From contig NC_092066.1 of NCBI RefSeq assembly GCF_039877785.1, forward strand, positions 5,379,152-5,443,151: DNA of 64,000 nucleotides, written 5' to 3'. How positions within the stretch are numbered: the stretch's first letter is position 1; each line of letters starts with the position of its first letter. Positions 21,001-32,500 of the stretch are shown here, in pieces. This DNA is from Chaetodon trifascialis (taxonomy: Eukaryota). Made by a program: the position numbers and the translations under genes. The notes beneath the pieces were generated by a model. The model was not told the DNA's origin, ran no database searches, and saw only the letters and a program-made list of their open reading frames with translations.

Positions 21001-24000
21001 GTGTATATTAATGTTTTACATTTTATGTAAGATAAACTAATAATCTTGCCTGCTTCTATTTCACACATATGCATATTTTTGTAGATATTGCAAAGGCTTT
21101 TCTTTGATGCAGTGCTTATGAGGGTTGACAAATTTCCAGATAAAACAGGACGTTGACACTCGGACTGTTTATTCAAAATATATTGATTTTTTATTTATTT
21201 ATTTATTTTTTGGCTATCTGACTTTAATAAGTATTAAAGACATTATTTAAAAAAAACAAAAAAACAACCCTCCTTTCCTTTTGTGAAATAGACCTAACCT
21301 CTCATATATATAGCTGTGTGCATCTAAATATACACAAAACATAAAATAATTCAGATAAACATAGTAAAATATGTGCTATACTTATAATCAATAAAAAGTT
21401 ATTTTGACAAAAGTAGTTTTTTCGACCCCATGACACCTCCGAATCAGTCTTATTCAGCAATGTGACATTTCTGTGGAAATATATGGAGATATTTTTATCG
21501 GTCATTGTAAATGAATCCAACACTACTTACAAAAACAAGCCAAAGCGCTTGAGCCGGATGCGAGTGAGGCGGTGTGATTTCGGAGTTTTGGAGGAGCCCA
21601 TGAACGCCTCCTGCGTGCAGATGTGCGGGTGTGGTGAAGTTATTAAAAGTCCTGGGAATGTGTTGACAGTGAAGGAGCCGTCTGTGCTCTCATGTAAATT
21701 TGGCACAAACTGAACGTGAAATTTCGCTAAATTGTCTTCAAATCTCCGGTAGGTGAAATTATGACATTAGCGTGACTTTGTTTTGTAGTTTTAAACGTCT
21801 GTAATTGATAATTTAGCGTCGGTTTAAATGAGGAGTTCACTTTTAGCTTTAAATGTTTGCTAGCGTTAGCAAAACGGTGCCAGCCTTCAAGCTAACGTTC
21901 AGTAAGTCAGCGGTGCTGCGTTCAAAGCGGCAGATTTAGGAAATGTGTTGTGATACTTCTCCAAATACTTCATACAGTAACACGAGTTTCTTACAGTATT
22001 AGTTAGTTTTTCTGAGCCGTGGTAAAAAGTTTACAGGCTATGAAATGCAGAAGTAGAAATATAACAAAGTACTTAAGCCAGACTGAAGTGTGTAACAGTT
22101 TTCAGGTACTTAAAAATTGCCATTTTTGTGCCTCGTCATACTGCATTATTTTCACTGCACTGCATACTGCTAGTGATAGCTACTTTACAGGTAAAGGTTT
22201 TGCAAGTAAAACACAATGAACTTCTAAATATGATGTATTCTTATGTAGTACTGAAATGCTAATAATGTGCTGAAAGTACATTATGCTGCTGATAGTACTT
22301 TAGAGTGCAGTATTGTCATCTATTCAATGAATCACTTACTATTGTGATAATTGCTTAATCAGTTTGAATATTTTTAAGGAGGATTTCAGCTTCTTAAATA
22401 TGAATATTTTCTTGTTTCTTTGCTCCTCTGGGACAGTAAACTGAGTGTCTTTGAGTTGTGGACAAAATGAGACGTTTGAGGACGTCACGTTGGGCTTAGG
22501 GAAACACTGATTAACACTTTTCTGACATTTTATAGACAAGACAACAAATGGAAATTAATCAACAAATAATTGCTACTTGCAGCCTCACTTGTTCGGTGTG
22601 TGGTATTTCTGAATGCAACAAAAATTTATTTTATAGATTAAATGATGGATTTTGGCATATTGTATCCAGTACTATATGTAGGAGTTAGTTTGCAGTACTT
22701 CGCTCACTGGAGTCAAAGTAAATAGAAAACAAATGTACGTGAGCCCTTTGATTGATCAATAAAATGTTAACAGGATCACAAAGAGGGAACAAAACGTGGT
22801 TTCTCCACCTGTAAAATGCTGTAATGGAAAGAATGGAGCACATGTTTGATCTGTGTTCAGATGAGACGTCACTCTACATGGCAGTATTTTGTTTTTCAAA
22901 CCCCACGAGAGCCAAAACCAGCAAAGAATTTCTCCTGTTAACAAACGTCTGCGTAGCTAAAACCTGATATGGCTCATAACCAACAACAACAAATGTAAAA
23001 TCTTAAGATATTTAATTAACTGTCATATATGAGATAGACTAAGCAGTTAATCAGCTATTCGTTGCTCCTCTGCAGTGAAGACTGTGTTCGCTGTAGCCGT
23101 TGATAGAAATGCAGTATCACGTGCTTCACAATAAACTGCACTGTAGGCTTTGTTTTAATTAAGGAAGATGTGACAGTGCAACACTTTCATGTGTTTTAAT
23201 GACTGACAGGAGTTTGTTTAATATTGGTAAAAGTTAAAATAATGGCAGCCTTATGTTTGATCCGGGAACTGATTTGCATGTTTCCGTATTTAAACTCATG
23301 CTGTGATCTGCTGCTCTGTGTCTGTGTGCTCTTAATGCTGCACAGCTCACCTGGTGTGAAGGCTGATAAGCTGAACTTGAGATGTTCTCAACACTTTCTC
23401 ACAGTTTAAACTGGGTTTTTATTTTAGAAACACGCTTTTCCTTTAAGGCTGTGAGACATGATATCAGACTTCACGCTGTGACATTTCACCATGATTCATA
23501 GTTAAAGGGTAATGGTGAACGCTGTATATCATAAAACAAATCCAGACTGCTAACAAACCCAAACAGCGACATTAACACCTGTTTTCCATTATTTACCTGC
23601 CGTGACTTTTTGCAGTTTTCTGACATTTAATGGACCAAACAACTAACTAATTGAGAAAATGATGGACAGAAGAGATGGACAGTAGATAATGAAAATGATC
23701 ATTAGCAGCAGCCCAGGTGAAAAGGCAGTTAACTGAATGCTCCAAACGCACAGGTGGATTATGGGAGAAAGGATATAACAGACCTCCAATTGCATTAGAG
23801 GACGACATGTGAAAGAGCTGTTTATCTGACGAAAACCTCTTTCACAGAGAAATGTAACAGTAGGAAAGTTACCAGATGTTAGTGATTACATTAACGATGC
23901 ACACTAAAAACAAGCTTAATGCCTTTTTCCCCCTTTTTTTTAATGAACCTTGGATGCACAATAATATCCTAAGATGCATCACACACAGGAAATGTGGGAG

Positions 24001-24299
24001 CTGCTCACAGCTGCAAAACATTACAAGGAATTGTGGCTGGTGGAGACACGCTGGAGGACGGTGTTAGAAAATGAAAAACAAGCTTTAATTCTTTGGACAA
24101 AGTGCTCTCTGCTTTAAACTGCGTTCACAGCGTGTTGAACGGGCGTAAAGCAGGAAAAGGTTGATCATTAAGACCCCACGTTCAAGACCTGCGAGACAGT
24201 TTTCCAGCTGTGTTATGAGAGAAAATCAGAAACTCATAATAACAGTCGGCATAAATCTGTAAACTGCGTTTATTTTTTGTTTACATGCTGAAAGAGCTT

Positions 24300-24476
24300 C
24301 TAAATAGTACACATACTGTTGAACTGGAATGCAGGCGTCATCGTTACTATCACACCTGTGCTTTTCCTGTCGCGACATGTCGAGCGGTGTGCTGTGAGGA
24401 GCAGTGGGAGCTGCTGAGAGGGTTTCTCTCTTACTTCCATCCTGTCCAGTCGGCTTTTAAAGAGGCGGTCCAAGCG
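24300..24476 (+). other. putative non-coding 5' exon of ApoL-repeat gene 2, with donor c|gtaagc at 24477
   Basis: There is a GTAAGC donor 63 nt upstream of the acceptor of the ATG-containing exon, mirroring the 5' structure of gene 1. The TSS is not identifiable. Confidence 0.25.
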
Positions 24477-24539
24477 TAAGCGCTTCGATCACAAACCTGC
24501 GATCGGTCCTGTTTACGCTGTTTTTTGTCACTCTTACAG

Positions 24540-26441
24540 GCAGGATGGAGGCGTGTATGATGAAGCCAGAAGTCAAAAAGAAGCCGAAGCTGGTGAGAAC
24601 AGTCACAGGTTTACTGAATATTGTAGAACGTGTAAAAAAACACAGATGGAAATATGAATTACTGCATCATCACTCAAAGAGCCTCATGTTTTCTTCTCTG
24701 CTCGCAGCCTAAACCTCCTCCAAAGCCCACAGAGGTACTGTAACAACCCTTTGATCAGTCAATCATTAGCTTGAGTGGTTGTTTATGTGCGACTTCAGGA
24801 TGTTACAGCGAGTTAAACTGTCGTTACAGAGACAAAGAAATGACCCAGAGAGACCAGCTCCTCTGGTGCCCCCCCGACCTGCAGACACTGTGAGTGCTCA
24901 CCGACCTGGAAGACGTCCTGATCTTTTACAGACCAGAGGTGTTTCTCTGAAGGGTCTGCCATATGTTTTTATTATGTTTACCTTCTACTGGAGGAGCAGT
25001 GTGCCAACATTTCTAAAGATCTGCTAATGTTGAAATAGATTGCATAAGCTGGGTTCCAGTGGAGAGATGTTTTCCACTCTGTGAGGTGGAAAACTGAAAG
25101 ATAATCCACAAAATCCAGATCAGCAACAAAGATATATGTAGTTTTTATGCTGCACACGCATTAAAACTTAACACAGGTGTACCTACAGGCCAGTCTAAAA
25201 CCAGTATGACAAAGTGCTCCACCACTGAACGTGACTGCTTTTAGCTGTGTTCTGTTGTCATAAGTTTTCTTTGAGGAAATGCCCTCTTTGGTTCTTTAAA
25301 TAAAGGTTGAATGAATGAACATTAACACAAGCTGACGTCTGTAATTAGCCACTGATCAGGACTGATATGAGCAGTAAAAACAACAAACTCTCGTAAAGCC
25401 GCTGAAGACACAGAGGAAATATGGAGCACAGGCCACTTTATAAGATTTACTTGGAGACGAAAATATTTTAACCATTCGTGTTTTCTGTGCAGGAGCTGAG
25501 TCAGACACAATACCGCATGAAAAGAGCAGCAATGAACAATGAGGTACCTTCTTTTTTTACATTTCCATTATTTCTGTTTTACTCGATAGTTTCCTGTAAA
25601 GAGAGATCGAAGCGGGGGAGGGGATGATGTGTGAGAATATCCTGGTAAATGTTGAGGACAACCAGACTTTTCTTGATTTAAATACAAGTAAAACAGGGAT
25701 TTGTGATGGCGAAGTGGTTCAGACACATGCTGTGAAAAAAATCATCTTTGAACAAAGAAAAACAAAATGAGATATGAAAGATCATGTGACAAAAATGATG
25801 CTACAGACGCACCACCAAAAAGATCAGTGCTTTAAACATCAGTGTCATGATTTAATATGTGGGTTTACATGTCCAAACTATATTCTGACGTACCAAAAAC
25901 ACTCTTATTATGGCTGCCTTCAGGTGTTTTTCCTCACTTTTTTTGTGTGTTTCAGACCAAAGGAAACTTGATCCAAACAGAGACAAAAGAGAAACCGACT
26001 GAATCTCCCGTGGTTCCACCCAGACCCACAGAAAAGGTACGAAACACCCAAACACTCATCATATCATGATACTCAGCAGTACTAGTATTGTCGTATTTTA
26101 GAGCAGTGAGAACAATTTACAGTGAAGAACCGACCAGAGCTGCACGAGGTTCCACGTTTCTGTTCCTGTTCCAGATCTCTTTTGTTATTGTTCCCTCGTG
26201 TGTGTGTGTTTGTGTGTGTGTGTATGTGTGTTTGTAGGAACTGAATGCCACAACCAGATACAGTGAGCGCAGGAGGGTACAAGCTGAGGACACACAGGTA
26301 CACACACACACACACAATGAAATACTTTGTTCCTCCTTGCTTGGTTTTATAAATCACAGTTATCGTCCTTCCTCTTCCTCATCAGACTTCCAGAGAAAAC
26401 AACCAATCAGAAGCGCCCAAAGATGAGGCAGACTTCAAACA
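24540..26441 (+). CDS. ApoL-repeat gene 2, N-terminal exons: putative start ATG at 24545, then proline/basic-rich VPPRP modules
   Basis: Exons are phase 0 with AG/GT boundaries.
- 24540-24592: ATG at 24545, MEACMMKPEVKKKPKL
- 24708-24734: PKPPPKPTE
- 24830-24889: RQRNDPERPAPLVPPRPADT
- 25493-25543: ELSQTQYRMKRAAMNNE
- 25956-26036: TKGNLIQTETKEKPTESPVVPPRPTEK
- 26238-26297: ELNATTRYSERRRVQAEDTQ
- 26385-26441: TSRENNQSEAPKDEADFKQ
The 25493, 25956 and 26238 exons are paralogous to gene 1 exons 11320, 10688 and 10875. The true initiator could lie further upstream. Confidence 0.5.
26197..26234. repeat. (TG)n microsatellite (imperfect)
   Basis: A gtgtgt run immediately upstream of the acceptor of exon 26238, in an intron of gene 2. 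Confidence 0.9.
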
Positions 26442-26593
26442 GGTATTTCAGCTGGAGCTGTTATCGGCTGTCACGTAGTGCAGTTCAACCCTGATCCCAG
26501 AAACGACGGGACGCTGTGTAAAACATTTCAGAAGTCGGTGATCAGCGAATCCTTCTAATGCTCAATTATTATTATTCCGTGTGCTTTGTTCAG

Positions 26594-29500
26594 AGTGATC
26601 CGACGGTCCTGACTGGGATGTTTCGGCGGAGCCAAAAAGGCCAAACGCCTTCGTTCACTGTAAGCGATGCAGCTGCAGCTCGTCTCTGCTCCGTAAATCA
26701 CACATGACCTCTCTAAGTTAAAACCAGAGGCTCAGTTCAAAACATCATCTGCTTTTTGAAGGTTTTTAGAGTCAGTGTAACTTGTCGTTTGTGTTTGCTT
26801 CACCTGCAGAGGACAATTTTGAAACAACAAAATCTTGATATGTAGGCCTACATGATCTCATAGATGTTGATTCAAGAACTTAAATATACTAATACTCAGT
26901 CACATAAAGCATAAACGTGTGTTTTAGAGCTTTGAATCAGCAGCTGTTGAGTGTCTGTCTGGTTTTCTTTCTTCCTCAGAGCTATCTGATCGACAGCTGC
27001 GCTGAGGAGGAAAAGTCTGACGATGCCCCGGCCAAACAGGCTCCTGGCAGCAAACCGGTGTGTGCGTATGTACATTATGCGTGTGCGTCACTGTTGATGT
27101 TCTCAGCTGGTTTGTGACATGTGACTGCGTTCAACAGAGTGCTCTGAAGGGAGTAATGAAAGGATTACAGTTCAAGTCATCACCGAAGGTATGAAGCACC
27201 GCCTGCCTCGGTGTTTTCTGCTGGTGGCGGCTGCAGTGTTACAGCGTCTTACACCTGTAAAAAGTACCCTCTCCTGTGTGGTGGCGGTGGTAGTAGTAAC
27301 GACATGTGGTTTTATTTTTCTCTGCTGGCACATCCCTGTTGAAGAATCAGTGCATTACATCCTATTTTTTTACATTTCTGTATCAAAATGTTCATATCTT
27401 TCAGTGTTTTACCTCCTGGATTTATTTTAATGTTTATTTTTTATCGGACTCCTTTGGTGGCTTCAGGGTCTTTCGTCCAGTCTGGGACTTTGGTTGCGTG
27501 TCGTTCTCTGTCTGCACTCACTTCCTGTCATCTCTCGGCTTGGAAACATTCTCTCACTGTCAGCATTTAAAACCTGCAGCGTCACAGCTTCACACAGTGA
27601 CACATGTGGGCTTACGGTTACGCGCTGCTGCCTGACGTTGAAATAAAGATAGAGCACAGTAGAAAGCATAAAAGAAGTAAAATACAACATTTTGAAAGGA
27701 GTGCAGCAGCGCAGACTGTGAGTGCAGTCTGGATCTGGAAAGTCATAAAAGCTAAAGTGAAGACACGTTTTTAGCTTTCCTTTAAAAATATTTAGCAGGT
27801 GAGATCTGCCTGTGATCCACAAAGGCTGCTGCTGGGAACACTGGTCAGAATTTATTCTGTTTATTTTAAGTTTTAAATTAAATTTCTCAGTAAGGTCACC
27901 TGAAACTTTGAGGACTTTTGGCTTTTAACTTTAAGATGTTCATCCTCCTTCATCCACAAAGCAGTTGTAAATACGGACGATGAGGTGACTGGAAGCAACA
28001 GGACGATCTTTATGAAACGTTAAGCAGTCAAAATGTCTGTCTGTTCTCTCGTCTGCTTGTACTGATGATAAAATCAGGATGATCATAATGTCGCTGAAGA
28101 TTGGTGTCTCTTCTCTAAGGCCAGTGTGGAGCCAAGTCCAGGCGGCGTCACGGAGGACGCAGGCGCAGAAAAGGAACAACCTGCAGAAAGAAACAAGCAG
28201 GAGAAGAACGCAGAACCCAAACAGGTAAGAGACGAATGACAGCGTCTGACTGCCGTCGCTAATATGTGCTTTCACAGTGTGTTCACTTAACGGCGTTAAC
28301 ATCTGATTTTTTGTGTCAACCTCTCCGTCAGGACTTCGGAGGTCTGATCGCCGGAATGTTTCGGAAAACTCCCAAAGAGAAAACGCCATCTCCCGCGCTG
28401 ACGGTACCATCGAGTCTTCTGCTCGTTTTCTGGTCCAACGTTCTGACTTTCAGCCTCTGACTCTCTGTTTTGCTCACTGACAGGTCAGCAAAGCAGACAG
28501 CGACCCTGAAGATGCAGAAGAAGCAGAGGAGAAAACATCTGAACAATCCCACGTAGGTCTTCTATTTATTTCTTCTTTTTTCGCTCTTCTGAAACATAAG
28601 AACATTTGGAGTGGAGGGGGGTTTTAAGGATGGATCCAGGCCCCCGCTATGTGTGGCTATGAGCTTCTCACTATCAGCAGATCTGTGAGGGGATTCAGTA
28701 ATCAGCGTCTGCAGTCAGTCAGCTGACGACGGTTTGACCTCGTCAGCGGCACAGAGCTCAAACTGTAATCTCTTCAGTTGTCACTCACTTGTTTAGTGTT
28801 TGGATTCCCAGAAAAAGTCAGAGTCAGATAAGCGTCCTGTGTCTGAACATCCCAGCCACTTTCAGGCGGCGTGTCTTCTGTTTCCTTTATTTGTATCATC
28901 ACAAACTGAAATCTTTTGCAGGAAAAAGGAGGCTTCTTCTCCGGCATCCTTAAAAAACCCAACAAAGCACCAGAGGAGACTCCTGCACAGGTGAGGGACA
29001 AAAAGTGGCTTCTTCCTCCTTAAAACACAACAGAAAAGTTAATGTTGGTGTTTTTCATTTCACTGTGTGTGTTTCTTGCTTCCCGGTGGTGTTTCAGGAG
29101 AATCTGAGTGTCAGCAGCGAGCTGTCCGCCAGCAGTGACAGTCTGTCTGAAAACAAGGTGAGCAGCTCTGCGTCACCGTCCCAAACTTATCTTTAATGAC
29201 AGTGTACACACAGACGCCTCACTGACCTGACCTTGACCAAAATAAATCCTCCATTACTGAACGTGTGCTCGTGTCTGTCTCAGGAAAAAGGAGGAATATT
29301 CAGCGGGTTGTTCAAGAAGTCTCCGAAAGCGGCAGAAGCGGCTCAGACCGACGAGGTGATGGAGCTGAAAACAAGTCAGCAAGATAAATAACGTCATCAG
29401 TTTAATCCACACTCACACTGAACCAGCTCGTGTTGTGTTGCAGGACCAACAGTCTCTACATGACAGTCTGTCAGGCAGTAACGACAATCTGTCTGAAAAC

Positions 29501-32500
29501 TCAAAGGTGAGCTCAGCAGTGTTCGTATGACAGCAGCATCGTCAGTGTTATCACATGCAGCAGTCACTGACCCTGCAAATCTGCCTGATGTCAGCAGGAG
29601 AAAGGAGGATTTTTCAGCGGGATCCTCCGGAAGTCTCCCAAGATTCCCGGAGAGGGAACACCTGGGCAGGTAAAAACGGTTTTGCACATGTTTTAGATGC
29701 TCAGTAACAAAACAAACAGATGGAGTTCGGCGTGTGAGTACATGAAAGATCAGAGTAATCGAAGTGGTCAGCGACGGGGATCTTCACTTTCTGTCAAACC
29801 GCTGAGACTTTGTTGTTTATGTTTGTTTCAGGATAAACAGCAGCTGCAAACGGACCCATCAGACAGTAAAGAGACTGAGAACAACAGCACGAACGTAAGG
29901 AACCCAGAGTGACTGAGTTAAGGAGGAGGCTGACTCTTATATCCACTTTGAACACTCCTCTTTTCCTGCTAACGACTGACTTCAAGCCTGATGTGTTAAT
30001 AGAAGCTGATTTGTAGCTTTACGTATTTCTTTCCTCCTTCCTGTATTTCCTGTACCAATAACTGAAAGAAAGAAAAGGTTTTTGCGAGCGAGTTCTTCTC
30101 TTCTTCACGTTATCAGGAGAAAGGAGGCGTTTTCAGCGGCATGTTCAAGAAATCTCCCAAACTGTCAGAGAAACCCCGACTGGAGGAGGTAAAGATTTAT
30201 AATCTGAGCATCTGCAGAATGGATGAAGTCATCTGAAAAGTAACTAAAGCTCTCAGACAAATGTAGTGGAGTAAGGTTACATTTCTATTACTCTAGTAAA
30301 GTACAAGTACCTTGAATTTTGTACTTAAGTACAGTCTGAATTGTGGCTCACGGCCTCCTCAGCCTTCCTGTCAATCTTCAGTCTTCATACTCTCACAGGT
30401 GCAGTAACTCTTGTGTTGCTCGTGTTGTGTTCAGGGTGCAGAGTCGTTGCACGGCGAGCTCTCCATTAGCTCCGACAGCCTGTCGGAGAACAAGGTGAGT
30501 CCTCATGATGGAAGAATATCTGCAGCTCCGGAGGAGGATCGGCCTCCTGATGCTGAAATGAAAGAAAAGAGGTCGTCGGTTTGCCTCAATGTGTTTTCTG
30601 CTCTCTGTAGGAGAAAGGCAGTTTGTTCAGCGGACTCCGGAGAAAGACTCCCAAAGCAGCCGGAGAGGTACGGCTCCTCAAACACGAGCAGGTGTCATGA
30701 GCATGACCACATGCAGCGCAGCCAGTTCGATGGATGTTCTTGAATGTGCTCACAGGCTGTAACATGAGTCATTGAAGTATTGAAGCATCTTCTGTTTCCT
30801 GGAGCTGCTCTCTGTTTCTGACTGTTTTATTCTCATTTCAGGAGAATCTGTCGGCACAGAAAGATCTGTCAGCCAGTAACGACAGTCTGTCTGAGGCTGC
30901 CAACACCAAGGTCAGCTTTTGCTGTAAAAGGAAGATTTGATTTCATTGTGTACATTTTCTATATTTCTTCATTAATTCGTTGTTGTCTTTCTGATTGTAG
31001 TAGTATGACGTGTCTCCATGTGTTTCCACATATGTTCTATGTCTGGAAGACTGAATTTAACTGTGACGTGTAAAATAAATGACTGTGTTTCAGGAGAAAG
31101 GAGGCGCCTTCAGTGGAATATTCAAGAAGTCGACCAGGCTTGCAGACAGTCCTCCCACAGAGGAAGTAAGACGTCCTCTCTGTTTGTCCCATCCAGTCTT
31201 CCTTTAATATTCTTAAACAGGTGTCAAGTGTCTCATAGGTAGTTCCTTTTAATCTCAGGTGTAAAAGAGCAGTCAGGGAGCTGGGCTCAGTGTTAATGAT
31301 GAAACATACTGTGGCTCTGACTGTTGTCGTCTTTCCTCAGGACAAACAGCCACCAGGCGATGAGCTCTCAGGTAGCAGTGAAGCTCCGTCTGAGAGCAGC
31401 GCCAAGGTGAGTTTTTCTTTTCTGCTTCATTCAGAAAACGGTCCTGAATAACTTCAGCTGAAGAGAGAGCACCCACTGCATGAACATGTGTGTTTCAGGA
31501 AAAAGGAGGAATATTTAGTGGAATATTTAAGAAGGCTCCAAAACCTGCAGACGCTGCTCAACCGGAGGAGGTAAAACTGTCATTTACAGCAAAGTCGACC
31601 TGTTTCATTACCTGTTTGTTGGTGGAAAATTAGGAACAAAAACTCAAGTGATTAGACGTTGGTGCAGATTCAGTATTTGAGCATTTTTTTTAACATTTTC
31701 ACATGATCGTCATGTATCCCATGACCATCTGTTATCAAGATATACTAATGCAAAACCTTTTATCACTTCTCACAGGACGAGTCTCCTGACAAAGAGCTCT
31801 CAACCAGCAGCGAAAATCTATGTGAGAACAAACAGGTGAGCGAGTTTAAGACGATGAATGACTTTGTTTCGTAAATGCTTCACACTCTCGCAGCTCATCC
31901 TGAAGCCTTTTTCTTGTCTGTCTCATCAGGAGAAAGGTGGACGGCTGCTCAGCGGACTCCTGAAAAAGACTCCCAAAGCGTCTGGAGAAAAGACGGAGTC
32001 GCAGGTGAGTTAGTGTTTACAGGACGTGAGATCAGTTTCCAAACCTGCACACAAATTCACCTGTTTCATAAAACATCAACGGGCCTGTTTCAGGACAGAG
32101 AGGCTCAGAGCGAACTGTCGGCCAGCAACGACGACCTGTCTGAGGGCAGCAGCACCAAGGTGAGCAGCGCAGCAACAAAAAGCTCCAGGTACACGTCTTC
32201 TGAGGGAGCGTTCACTGACACCCTGCTCTCTTTCAGGAGAAAAATATCTTTAGCAACATGTTTAAGAAGCCGCAGAAAGCAGCAGAGGGTGCTGCAGCAG
32301 ACAAGGTACCGAGATTTGATTCGGCCCATTAAATCAGCGTTATTTTAGTAAGTGTAGTGGATTTTTACTGTCGTCTGGTCTGAATGCAGGAGCTGGAGGA
32401 GAACAGTAAAGATCGGTTATCAGGCAGCTGTGAAAATCTGTCCGACGCCGCCCCGAAGGTACTTCAGCATCAAAAGAAAGCCTCTTCTTCTCTGTTTTTC

